Below are positions 27,891 through 36,141 of a stretch of 64,000 bases of DNA, one piece after another. The notes under the pieces are model-generated. The model saw only the letters and a program-made list of their open reading frames with translations, searched no databases and was not told the origin of the DNA. The stretch is from Candidatus Omnitrophota bacterium (GTDB taxonomy: Bacteria > Omnitrophota > Gorgyraeia > JABMRN01 > RBG-13-46-9). Position 1 is the stretch's first letter; every line of letters starts with the position of its first letter. A program made the translations under genes and the position numbers. The DNA lies in assembly GCA_043817155.1 (NCBI GenBank), contig JBDRHE010000072.1, positions 1,345 through 65,344 of the forward strand. Reading direction: 5' to 3'.

Positions 27891-29754
27891 AACGCCAAAG
27901 ATAAAAAAGCTGAAAGATACAAAAGGGCTTGAGGAGCTAAGAAGATCTATATTGAAAAAGCGCGAGGCCGGCAAGCCCTGTGTAACCATATGTAAAGGAA
28001 CCGGGTGTTCTGCCTCCGGGGCATCAGAGCTTGAAGCTGATCTTAAAGAAGAGATCAAAAAGAAGAAATTGGACCGTGAAGTGGACGTTAGAACGACCGG
28101 ATGTCACGGATTCTGTGAAAAGGGGCCGCTTCTCGTTGTGCACCCCAGCAAGATATTCTATCAGAGCGTTAAAAGTAAAGATGTGCCCGAGATAGTTGAA
28201 GAGACACTGGTAAAGAAAAGAATAGTAGATAGATTGCTTTACAGCGATCCCGCAACCGGTAAAAAAATCACGCATGAAGATGAGGTCCCTTTCTATAAGA
28301 AGCAGACCAGACTCATCTTTGGCAATAACGGAAAGATAGATCCTACTAATATCGAAGACTATATAGCGCTCGGCGGGTATAGTTCTTTATCTAAAGTACT
28401 ATCAAAGATGAAGCCCGAAGATGTCATAGATGAGGTGAATCGTTCAGGTCTCCGCGGCAGAGGCGGCGGAGGCTTCCCGACAGGCAGGAAGTGGGAATCC
28501 TGTAGTAAGTCAAAGGGCGATACGAAATATGTAATATGCAATGCGGATGAAGGGGACCCGGGCGCTTTTCAGGATCGGAGCCTTCTTGAAGGTAACCCTC
28601 ATGCTGTGGTAGAGGGGATGATAATAGGCGCTTATGCCATTGGCGCTAAAGAAGGATATATTTATGTACGAAACGAGTATCCGCTGGCAGTAAAGCACAT
28701 CGAGATAGCCATAGAGAGCGCCGAAGACTTGGGATTATTGGGCAAAGATATCCTGGGATCGAAATTCTCTTTTACAATTAACGTTGTAAAAGGCGGGGGA
28801 GCATTTGTTTGCGGTGAATCCTCGGCACTAACGGCGTCTATAGAAGGGCGCATTGGTGAGCCGCGCTTTAAACATGTTCACGCTACCGAAAAAGGGCTTT
28901 GGGATAAACCCACGACTCTTAATAATGTTAAGACCTGGGCAACGGTTCCATTTGTTATCGATAAAGGCGCTCGCTTTTATTCAAAGATAGGTACCGAAAG
29001 AAGCAAGGGAACGATGATCTTTTCGTTGGTTGGCAAGATCAATAATACCGGTCTTATCGAGGTTCCTATGGGGATAACTTTGCGTGAACTGATATACGAT
29101 ATAGGCGGCGGTATTCCCGGCAAGAAGAGATTTAAGGCTGTGCAGACAGGAGGCCCCTCAGGGGGGTGTGTCCCGGAAAGCCATCTCGATATTCCTGTAG
29201 ATTACGAAAAACTTACAGAAGCCGGCTCCATGATGGGCTCGGGCGCAATGATAGTAATGGATGAAGATACCTGCATGGTAAATGTGGCCAAATATTTTCT
29301 CTCCTTTACCAAAGATGAATCATGCGGGAAGTGTACCCCATGCCGGGAAGGCGTGAAACATATGCTCGATATATTAAATAGAATTACAAAGGGCGAGGGA
29401 GAAGCCGGGGACATAGAATTACTCGAAGAGCTGGGTAGCAGAATATCGGAGACATCACTTTGCGCTTTAGGACAGACAGCCTCAAATCCGGTACGCACGA
29501 CAATACGATATTTCAGGGATGAGTACAAGGCGCATATAGAAGATAAGAAGTGCCCGGCGAAAGTTTGCCACGATCTCATAACTTACTCTATCGATGAAAG
29601 TAAGTGCACAGGATGCACATTGTGCGCTATAGAGTGTCCCGAGAAGGTAATTTCAGGTGAAAAGAAGAAGCCTCACAAGATAGACGAGAAGAAGTGCATC
29701 AGGTGTGGTGTCTGTTTTGATGTCTGCAAGTTCGGCGCGGTAAAGGTGAAGTAG
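27877..29754 (+). CDS. NuoF/HoxF/HydB-like flavoprotein subunit (FMN and NADH binding, 4Fe-4S, extra N-terminal 2Fe-2S domain and C-terminal ferredoxin domain).
   Basis: GLRGRGGGGFPTGRKWE NADH/FMN motif, ESCGKCTPCREG 4Fe-4S motif, and two C-terminal CxxCxxCxxxCP motifs. Confidence 0.85.
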   Translation: MKNPKTPKIKKLKDTKGLEELRRSILKKREAGKPCVTICKGTGCSASGASELEADLKEEIKKKKLDREVDVRTTGCHGFCEKGPLLVVHPSKIFYQSVKSKDVPEIVEETLVKKRIVDRLLYSDPATGKKITHEDEVPFYKKQTRLIFGNNGKIDPTNIEDYIALGGYSSLSKVLSKMKPEDVIDEVNRSGLRGRGGGGFPTGRKWESCSKSKGDTKYVICNADEGDPGAFQDRSLLEGNPHAVVEGMIIGAYAIGAKEGYIYVRNEYPLAVKHIEIAIESAEDLGLLGKDILGSKFSFTINVVKGGGAFVCGESSALTASIEGRIGEPRFKHVHATEKGLWDKPTTLNNVKTWATVPFVIDKGARFYSKIGTERSKGTMIFSLVGKINNTGLIEVPMGITLRELIYDIGGGIPGKKRFKAVQTGGPSGGCVPESHLDIPVDYEKLTEAGSMMGSGAMIVMDEDTCMVNVAKYFLSFTKDESCGKCTPCREGVKHMLDILNRITKGEGEAGDIELLEELGSRISETSLCALGQTASNPVRTTIRYFRDEYKAHIEDKKCPAKVCHDLITYSIDESKCTGCTLCAIECPEKVISGEKKKPHKIDEKKCIRCGVCFDVCKFGAVKVK

Positions 29755-29785
29755 TGTAATGGGTGAGCTTTCATGGTTTTTTCTC

Positions 29786-29885
29786 TGTCATTCCCGGACC
29801 GCTGCTGCGGTCTAAACTCCAGCGGGAATCCATGGATGCACTCTCTACGAGTCCGCTCTGGATCCCCGCTTTCGCGGGGATGACA
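29786..29885. repeat. Family B element, copy B5 (long-left-arm subtype).
   Basis: TGTCATTCCCGGACCGCTGCTGCGGTCTAAACTCCAGCGGGAATCCATGG...CTGGATCCCCGCTTTCGCGGGGATGACA. Same subtype as copy B8. Confidence 0.85.
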
Positions 29886-29931
29886 AGCGGGGACAAACTC
29901 TTGTTTATTAACCAATTATGGAATAGGGACG

Positions 29932-30666
29932 ATGGAAAAGGTAACTATAGATAGTCGAAAGATAGATGTAGAAGCGGGGACGACTATTCTCGAAGCGGCC
30001 AACGAACTCGGGATAGAGATCCCTACGCTATGTTATCATGAGGCGCTTGGACCTTACGGCTCCTGTCGGGTATGCATGGTGGAGATCGTTACTGAGAGAG
30101 GCTCGAAGTTGGTAACTGCCTGTACGTATCCTGTATGGGATGGACTTGTGGTTAAGACCGATTCAGAAAAAGTTATTGAGGCACGCAAATTCATAGTGGA
30201 ACTGATGTTGGCGCGCTGCCCGAACGTAGACGCGATCAAGAGGCTGGCCGAAAGATTGGGAGTAAAGAATAGGGGTCTGGCGACCGCAGATGAGAATTGC
30301 ATTCTTTGCGGTTTATGCATAAGGGCCTGTAAAGATATGATAGGAACCTCGGCGATAAGCTTTGCAAATCGAGGCATGGAAAGAAAGGTACAGACACCTT
30401 TTGAGGAAGCATCTGTTGTCTGTATAGGATGCGGCGCCTGCGCGTTTGTCTGCCCTACAGGCGCCATCGATATTCAAGATATAGAGAAGATCCGCAAGGT
30501 ACATGGCAATACGGATCTAACGCTTGCAGCTTGCAAGGGTTGTGGTAAGCAATTTGCTACCGTAAAAGAGCTAGACTATATAAAAGAGAAGATAGATCTG
30601 CCGCAGGAGATATTCGAACTTTGTCATAAGTGTAAACGCAATAAATTAAGGAGAGATATGAAATAA
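29932..30666 (+). CDS. NuoG/HydA N-terminal-like ferredoxin (2Fe-2S plus two 4Fe-4S) without a catalytic domain.
   Basis: CYHEALGPYGSCRVC (2Fe-2S), CILCGLCIRAC and CIGCGACAFVCP motifs. Only 244 aa. Confidence 0.7.
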   Translation: MEKVTIDSRKIDVEAGTTILEAANELGIEIPTLCYHEALGPYGSCRVCMVEIVTERGSKLVTACTYPVWDGLVVKTDSEKVIEARKFIVELMLARCPNVDAIKRLAERLGVKNRGLATADENCILCGLCIRACKDMIGTSAISFANRGMERKVQTPFEEASVVCIGCGACAFVCPTGAIDIQDIEKIRKVHGNTDLTLAACKGCGKQFATVKELDYIKEKIDLPQEIFELCHKCKRNKLRRDMK

Positions 30667-30819
30667 GATCCCTCGGCTATACCTGGGGATTAATTACGAT
30701 CATTCAAACCTGCCTGCCTATCAGCAAGTCGGGCAGGCAGGGAAGAGAAACAGGGAAGATGAACTTATGAAAATTAGAAATTTTCATAAGTTCAGATCTC
30801 ATTAAAGGGAGAAAAACTC

Positions 30820-33800
30820 ATGTCGAGAATAGTTGCTCAATCAGCAATAAGAGGCGCGAAGAAGCTTGTACAGGAAGCCGAGGGGCTACTGGGCAAGGCG
30901 ATCGAAGAGAAGGGCAAGGAACAGATACTGGAATTCCCGGAGACGGCTTTCTTCATGCCGATGGCCAATGCCCTACTGGGGGCCGAGGTCAAGACTCTAA
31001 ATGAAGCATTGCCCATAATAAAAGAGGCCAAATCGCTTTTGCACGAAGATCCGACTAACGATCTATGGCTTCCTTATCTTGGTAGCGCGCTGGATTCCGG
31101 AATCGCGGCTTTGCTGGCAGAGGAGATTATTCTGGCTATACGCTACATTTATGGCAAAGAGCCTCAGGCCGATTGTAACGGCTTTTTTACGGATACGATA
31201 CTGCGCACTTTAGGAATACAACTCGTAGATGGCAGGATGCCTGGCTTTGCCGCGATACTTGGGGCTGCTCCGGACAATAAGACCGCGGTAGATATCGTAA
31301 GGGACTTTCAGAAGAGAAACATAATGACTTTTGTAGGCTCAAGCTCAAATGGTAAGAGCATCATAGACCAGCTTAAAGAAGAGAAGATCGAGATGGGATG
31401 GGATACTTATATAGTACCTTATGGCAGGGATACCGTATCTGCGCTCTATCCGTTGAACTGGGCCATAAGAGGAGCGCTTACTTTTGGCGGGATCAAGGCC
31501 GGGAATGCAAAGAAATGCTTAATGTATTGCAAAGAGAGGGTCTTTGCTTTCGGATTAACTCTCGGAGAGGTCGATGATGTTAAGTACGCTACCGGTGCGG
31601 GAGCAATAAACATGGGATTTCCTATAATAGCCGATACCGAGATACCGGAGATCAGGCCAACAGGTATATGCACGTATGAACATCTTGTAAAAGAACTTGA
31701 TCATAAGAAGATAGTTCAAAGCTGCATTGAGGTAAGGGGTGTTAAGGTGAAGCTTTCCGAGATACCGATACCCGTTGCATATAGCGCTGCTTTTGAAGGG
31801 GAGAGAGTAAGGCGCGAACAGATGTATGCGCAATTCGGAGGGAAGTTCTCACACGCGTTCGAATACGTTCGCTCTAAATCTCTTGATGAGGTAGAAGATG
31901 ATAAGATAGAGGTCGTCGGGCCGGAGATAGATGAAATGACCGAAGGAGGGGCCTATCCTCTCGGTATAGTGGTGGATGTCGCAGGAAGAAAGATGCAGCA
32001 CGATTTTGAACCTATACTGGAAAGGCAGGTGCATACCTTCTTAAATGAAGCTATGGGCATATTCCATATGGGTCAGAGAAGTATGTGCTGGATGAGGATC
32101 TCTAAAGACGCGCAGAAGAAAGGCTTTAAGCTGAGGCACCTGGGCGTGATCCTCCATGCGCAATTTCACGATATCTACTCTAAGATCGTTGACAAAGTCC
32201 AGATCACCATCTACACGAAGAAAGAGGATGTCGATAGGATAATGCCTGAAGCTGAAAAGGTATATGAAGAGCGTGATGAGCGTATGGCCGGTATGACGGA
32301 TGAGAGCATCGACACGTTTTACAGCTGCACGCTTTGTCAGAGTTTTGCGCCGAATCACCTTTGCATAATAAAGCCCGAGAGACTCGGTCTCTGCGGGGCT
32401 TATAGCTGGCTCGATGCGAAGGCATGTTACGAATTGAATCCGTCAGGACCGAATCAGCCCATCAAAAAAGGCGAATGTCTGGACCCGGTCCGGGGTGAAT
32501 GGAAGAATATAAACGATTTTATATATAAGAGTTCTAATAAGACGCTTGAGAAGTTCCACGGATATTCGATCATGAGCTACCCGGAAACAAGTTGTTGCAC
32601 CGGTGATACAGAGGTGTTGATAGGTGGAAAGATCGTAAAGATCGGTGATTTTATAGACCTTCATAGGGGTGGGGAGGAGTATGCCAGATTTAAGGCAGCA
32701 ACCTTGAGCGGTGGCAAAACCGTAGAAGAGGATATCGTTGCTATGCAAAGATTTACGGCTCCGGAAGAGTTGATAAGGATTGAAACAAAATCGGGCGCAG
32801 AACTTGTATTGACAAAGGATCATAAGGTCTTTGTTGATAGGCAGGAAGGGGAAGCTCAGGTTAGGGCAGATGAGATAAGAGATGAGGATAGAATCGTATC
32901 GCTTAAGAGACTGAATCTAAAAGAGGAGTTGCCTGAGATATCCGAAATATTCGGGGGGCGTTTAAACGAGGATATTTCAAATGAGATTATAAACAAGGAT
33001 CTCTTTTATATATTGGGACTCCTTGCTTCCGACGGTTCGATATGCAGAGTGGGAAGAAGGGAATACAAGATCAATTTTATCAACACCGAACCGGCGTTGA
33101 TTAATAAGTATAAGAGGCTCGCTAAAAAATTATTTCCAAAAAAGAACTGCAAAGCCCGCATTAAGAACAAAAATCTCTCCACAATAAAAGGACGTATTAT
33201 AAATTCTCAGAAGGTATGCTACGATTGTTATTCGAACAATAGCGTTTTGGGAATGATTGCAGAGTATTTTGGTATAAAAGTTGGCATTAAAGGGGTATGG
33301 AATTTGGCACAATTGATTAATCTTCCAAAGGACTTCATCGGTTCTTTTTTGGCCGGCATCTTCGACGGCGATGGAAGCATAAGATTGAGAAGATACTATT
33401 CCAAGTGGGATATCCCCGAAGCCTATCTCTGTATCGGGGATAAGAAAGCAGCATCTCACCTTCAGATGCTATTGCGAAGATTTGGCATAACAAGTTTTGT
33501 AAAGAAGTCCAATTCGGTTTACAAGGTGACTTTATACGGAACGAACCTAATTAAATTCCTGGATATTGCACCCATTGTTCATCCAAAGAAGAAGAAAATA
33601 TCGGAAAGAGTCAAGAAATTATCAAAAGCGAATAAAGGTCCTGACAGGGCACAGGGAGAGGTTCTGCCTTTTGGAGTAGGCAAAATTTTGGCAGAAATCC
33701 CTGAAACGAAAACAATACTTAGCCCTAGCACACTTTTCTATTATAGAACATTCAGATCTAGACCCGTGCTTTCCAATGTAAATAAGGTGATTGACGGATT

Positions 33801-34374
33801 GCCAAACGATAAGGCGCAAATCCTAAAAGATGCTATTGACACCGATTACTTTTTGGACATTGTTTCAAAGGTTAGAACAATAAAGAATAACGGGAGATTT
33901 GATTATGTGTACAATTTAACCCTTTCCGATACCCATAGTTATTATGCGAATGGAATGCATATTGCAAATTGCGGATGTTTTGAATGTATAATCGCGATTC
34001 TGCCTGAAGCGAACGGATTCATGGTGGTGAACAGGGAGTTTCCCGGGCTTACGCCTGCGGGGATGAAATTCTCTACGCTCGCAGGGTCCGTTGGCGGCGG
34101 AAATCAGACTCCCGGATTCATGGGTGTAGGAAGGCTTTATATAATCAGTAAAAAGTTCATATCCGCTGATGGCGGATTAAAGAGGCTGGTCTGGATGCCG
34201 AAGGAACTTAAAAGTGCTCTCGGTGACAGGCTAAAGAAGAGGTGCGCGGATCTCGGCATGCCGGATCTATTTGATAAGATAGCCGATGAGACTAACGCAA
34301 CTGAATCGGAAGCATTGGTAAAATATTTAACCGAGAAGGGCCATCCGGCCATTACGATGGAACCGTTAATGTGA
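30820..34374 (+). CDS. acsB: Acetyl-CoA synthase catalytic subunit (AcsB/CdhC) interrupted by an in-frame intein.
   Basis: 1184 aa, against about 730 aa for AcsB. The extein ends ...SYPETSC and resumes CGCFECIIAILPE (the A-cluster Cys-Gly-Cys Ni site). The intervening 458 aa has intein blocks. Confidence 0.9.
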   Translation: MSRIVAQSAIRGAKKLVQEAEGLLGKAIEEKGKEQILEFPETAFFMPMANALLGAEVKTLNEALPIIKEAKSLLHEDPTNDLWLPYLGSALDSGIAALLAEEIILAIRYIYGKEPQADCNGFFTDTILRTLGIQLVDGRMPGFAAILGAAPDNKTAVDIVRDFQKRNIMTFVGSSSNGKSIIDQLKEEKIEMGWDTYIVPYGRDTVSALYPLNWAIRGALTFGGIKAGNAKKCLMYCKERVFAFGLTLGEVDDVKYATGAGAINMGFPIIADTEIPEIRPTGICTYEHLVKELDHKKIVQSCIEVRGVKVKLSEIPIPVAYSAAFEGERVRREQMYAQFGGKFSHAFEYVRSKSLDEVEDDKIEVVGPEIDEMTEGGAYPLGIVVDVAGRKMQHDFEPILERQVHTFLNEAMGIFHMGQRSMCWMRISKDAQKKGFKLRHLGVILHAQFHDIYSKIVDKVQITIYTKKEDVDRIMPEAEKVYEERDERMAGMTDESIDTFYSCTLCQSFAPNHLCIIKPERLGLCGAYSWLDAKACYELNPSGPNQPIKKGECLDPVRGEWKNINDFIYKSSNKTLEKFHGYSIMSYPETSCCTGDTEVLIGGKIVKIGDFIDLHRGGEEYARFKAATLSGGKTVEEDIVAMQRFTAPEELIRIETKSGAELVLTKDHKVFVDRQEGEAQVRADEIRDEDRIVSLKRLNLKEELPEISEIFGGRLNEDISNEIINKDLFYILGLLASDGSICRVGRREYKINFINTEPALINKYKRLAKKLFPKKNCKARIKNKNLSTIKGRIINSQKVCYDCYSNNSVLGMIAEYFGIKVGIKGVWNLAQLINLPKDFIGSFLAGIFDGDGSIRLRRYYSKWDIPEAYLCIGDKKAASHLQMLLRRFGITSFVKKSNSVYKVTLYGTNLIKFLDIAPIVHPKKKKISERVKKLSKANKGPDRAQGEVLPFGVGKILAEIPETKTILSPSTLFYYRTFRSRPVLSNVNKVIDGLPNDKAQILKDAIDTDYFLDIVSKVRTIKNNGRFDYVYNLTLSDTHSYYANGMHIANCGCFECIIAILPEANGFMVVNREFPGLTPAGMKFSTLAGSVGGGNQTPGFMGVGRLYIISKKFISADGGLKRLVWMPKELKSALGDRLKKRCADLGMPDLFDKIADETNATESEALVKYLTEKGHPAITMEPLM
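32596..33969 (+). mobile_element. Intein (458 aa) with a LAGLIDADG homing endonuclease domain, inserted in acsB.
   Basis: Block A CTGDTEVLIGG. Block B LTKDHKVFV. Two LAGLIDADG motifs (LGLLASDGSI, LAGIFDGDGSI). Block G YYANGMHIAN, followed by the +1 Cys of the CGCFEC motif. Confidence 0.85.
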
Positions 34375-34380
34375 AATGAA

Positions 34381-34424
34381 GCCATAAGTTACGACAACCC
34401 AGTGGTTGTCGTAACTTATATGGC
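34381..34424. repeat. Family F hairpin, copy F2, directly after the acsB stop.
   Basis: GCCATAAGTTACGACAACC-CAGT-GGTTGTCGTAACTTATATGGC. Confidence 0.8.
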
Positions 34425-34478
34425 TGAATTTCATCCCGAGGCACTGAAAGTGCCGAGGGATCTCAAACTTAAAACACT

Positions 34479-34613
34479 TGTCATTCCCGCGCAAGCGGGA
34501 ATCCATGGATGTACTCTCGACGAGTCCGCTCTGGATCCCCGCTTACGCGGGGATGACAAAAGATGAGATTGCTTCGGCGCGCTAAGAAGAATAAGGCGCC
34601 TCGCAAAGACGAT
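34479..34613. repeat. Family B copy B6 (34479-34558) abutting a family C right-end fragment C3 (34563-34613).
   Basis: B6: TGTCATTCCCGCGCAAGCGGGAATCCATGG...CTGGATCCCCGCTTACGCGGGGATGACA. C3: GAGATTGCTTCGGCGCGC...GGCGCCTCGCAAAGACGATG. Confidence 0.8.
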
Positions 34614-34641
34614 GTAACTTAAAAAAAAGGAGAGTCAAGAA

Positions 34642-35979
34642 ATGGCCTTATCCGGACTTGCTATATACAAATTATTACCGAAGACGAATTGTAAAAAATG
34701 TGGATTTCCGACGTGTCTGGCGTTCGCGATGCAGCTTGCGGCAAAGAAGATATCTCTGGATAAATGTCCCGATGTTACGGAAGAGACCAAGAGGACTCTC
34801 GATGGCGCTTCCCAGCCACCCATAAAGCTGATCACGATCGGTACGGGCGATGATAAACTCCAGATCGGCAATGAGACCGTCCTATTTAGACACGAGGAGA
34901 AATTCTACCATCCTGCGGGTATCGGGTTTATTGTAGACGACACCGAAAGCTCTGACGAGATCAAGCAGGCGCTCGGCGAGATAAGCAAGCTCGATTTTGA
35001 AAGGGTTGGTCAGAGAATAAAGGGCGATCTGGTCTGCGTATCGTGCAAAAGTGACAATGCGACCAAATTCCGGGATGCGGTAAAGACTGTACTTGAGAAT
35101 TCGAAACTTCCCATAGCGTTAATGAGTGATGATGCCGTGATCGTGGGCAAAGCCCTTGAGATATCAAAAGAGAGAGTTCCGCTAATATGCGGGGCAACGG
35201 CTGCAAACTTCAAAGAGATGGCAAAGCTTTCTAAAGATTTTAAAGCGCCGGTTGTAGCCAGCGCGCCAAGCCTCGAGGAACTGGAGACGCTTGTAAAGAA
35301 CCTGAATACCGAGGGCGTGCAGGATATAGTACTGGATACAGGGAAGAAGAATCTCTCGGAAAAGTTGTGGGATCTTGTGCAGATAAGGAGGCTTGCTCTA
35401 AAGAAGTCATTTAGGCCGTTTGGCTATCCTGTCATTACATTTACAGAGAGCGAGGATCCCTACCAGGAAGCGGCCGAAGCGTCGACCTATGTTTCCAAGT
35501 ACGCCGGTATCGTTGTGATTAAGAATAGACACCCCTGGGAGGTGCTCCCGATCTTAACCGTAAGACAGAATATATACACAGATCCCCAGAAACCTCTCCA
35601 GGTTGACTCAAAGATCTATGAGGTGGGAAAGGTATCCGATAGTTCGCCTGTTATCGTCACAACAAATTTCTCTCTCACATATTATACGGTAGAGGCGGAA
35701 GTGGAATCGAGCAAGGTCCCTTCCTACATAATACCGTGTGACGCCGAAGGTATGTCGGTCCTTACAGCATGGGCCGCTGAAAAGTTTACGGCAGAGAGCA
35801 TAGCCCAGACGCTTAGTAAATTCGGTATGAAGGACAAGGTGAATCACAAAAGTGTGGTCATTCCCGGATATGTCGCGGTTTTGAGCGCTAAATTAGAAGA
35901 GGAATCCGGTTGGAAGGTAACTGTCGGCCCGAAGGAGGCCTCGGGCCTGCCAACATTTTTACGAAATCTTAATAAGTGA
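34642..35979 (+). CDS. acsC: Corrinoid iron-sulfur protein large subunit (AcsC/CdhE).
   Basis: N-terminal CKKCGFPTCLAFA 4Fe-4S motif. 445 aa. Strong AAGGAG ribosome-binding site. Confidence 0.9.
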   Translation: MALSGLAIYKLLPKTNCKKCGFPTCLAFAMQLAAKKISLDKCPDVTEETKRTLDGASQPPIKLITIGTGDDKLQIGNETVLFRHEEKFYHPAGIGFIVDDTESSDEIKQALGEISKLDFERVGQRIKGDLVCVSCKSDNATKFRDAVKTVLENSKLPIALMSDDAVIVGKALEISKERVPLICGATAANFKEMAKLSKDFKAPVVASAPSLEELETLVKNLNTEGVQDIVLDTGKKNLSEKLWDLVQIRRLALKKSFRPFGYPVITFTESEDPYQEAAEASTYVSKYAGIVVIKNRHPWEVLPILTVRQNIYTDPQKPLQVDSKIYEVGKVSDSSPVIVTTNFSLTYYTVEAEVESSKVPSYIIPCDAEGMSVLTAWAAEKFTAESIAQTLSKFGMKDKVNHKSVVIPGYVAVLSAKLEEESGWKVTVGPKEASGLPTFLRNLNK

Positions 35980-35988
35980 AATGAGGTC

Positions 35989-36128
35989 AATTCCAGTCCC
36001 GGCCTGGATTATAGAGGTTTGCCTAGACAGGCCGGGACTGGAATGCAGATCGCGTACGGATAGAATCAGGACATTCAGGTCCCGGGCTTTCTAGGACAAC
36101 CTCTTTTATCAAGCCCGGGACCTGAATG
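35989..36128. repeat. Two tandem family D hairpins (D3a 35989-36045, D3b 36072-36128).
   Basis: CAATTCCAGTCCCGGCCTG-GATTATAGAGGTTTGCCTAGA-CAGGCCGGGACTGGAATG and CATTCAGGTCCCGGGCTT-TCTAGGACAACCTCTTTTATC-AAGCCCGGGACCTGAATG. The second loop is the reverse complement of the first loop type. Confidence 0.85.
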
Positions 36129-36141
36129 ATGAGGAAGCAGG

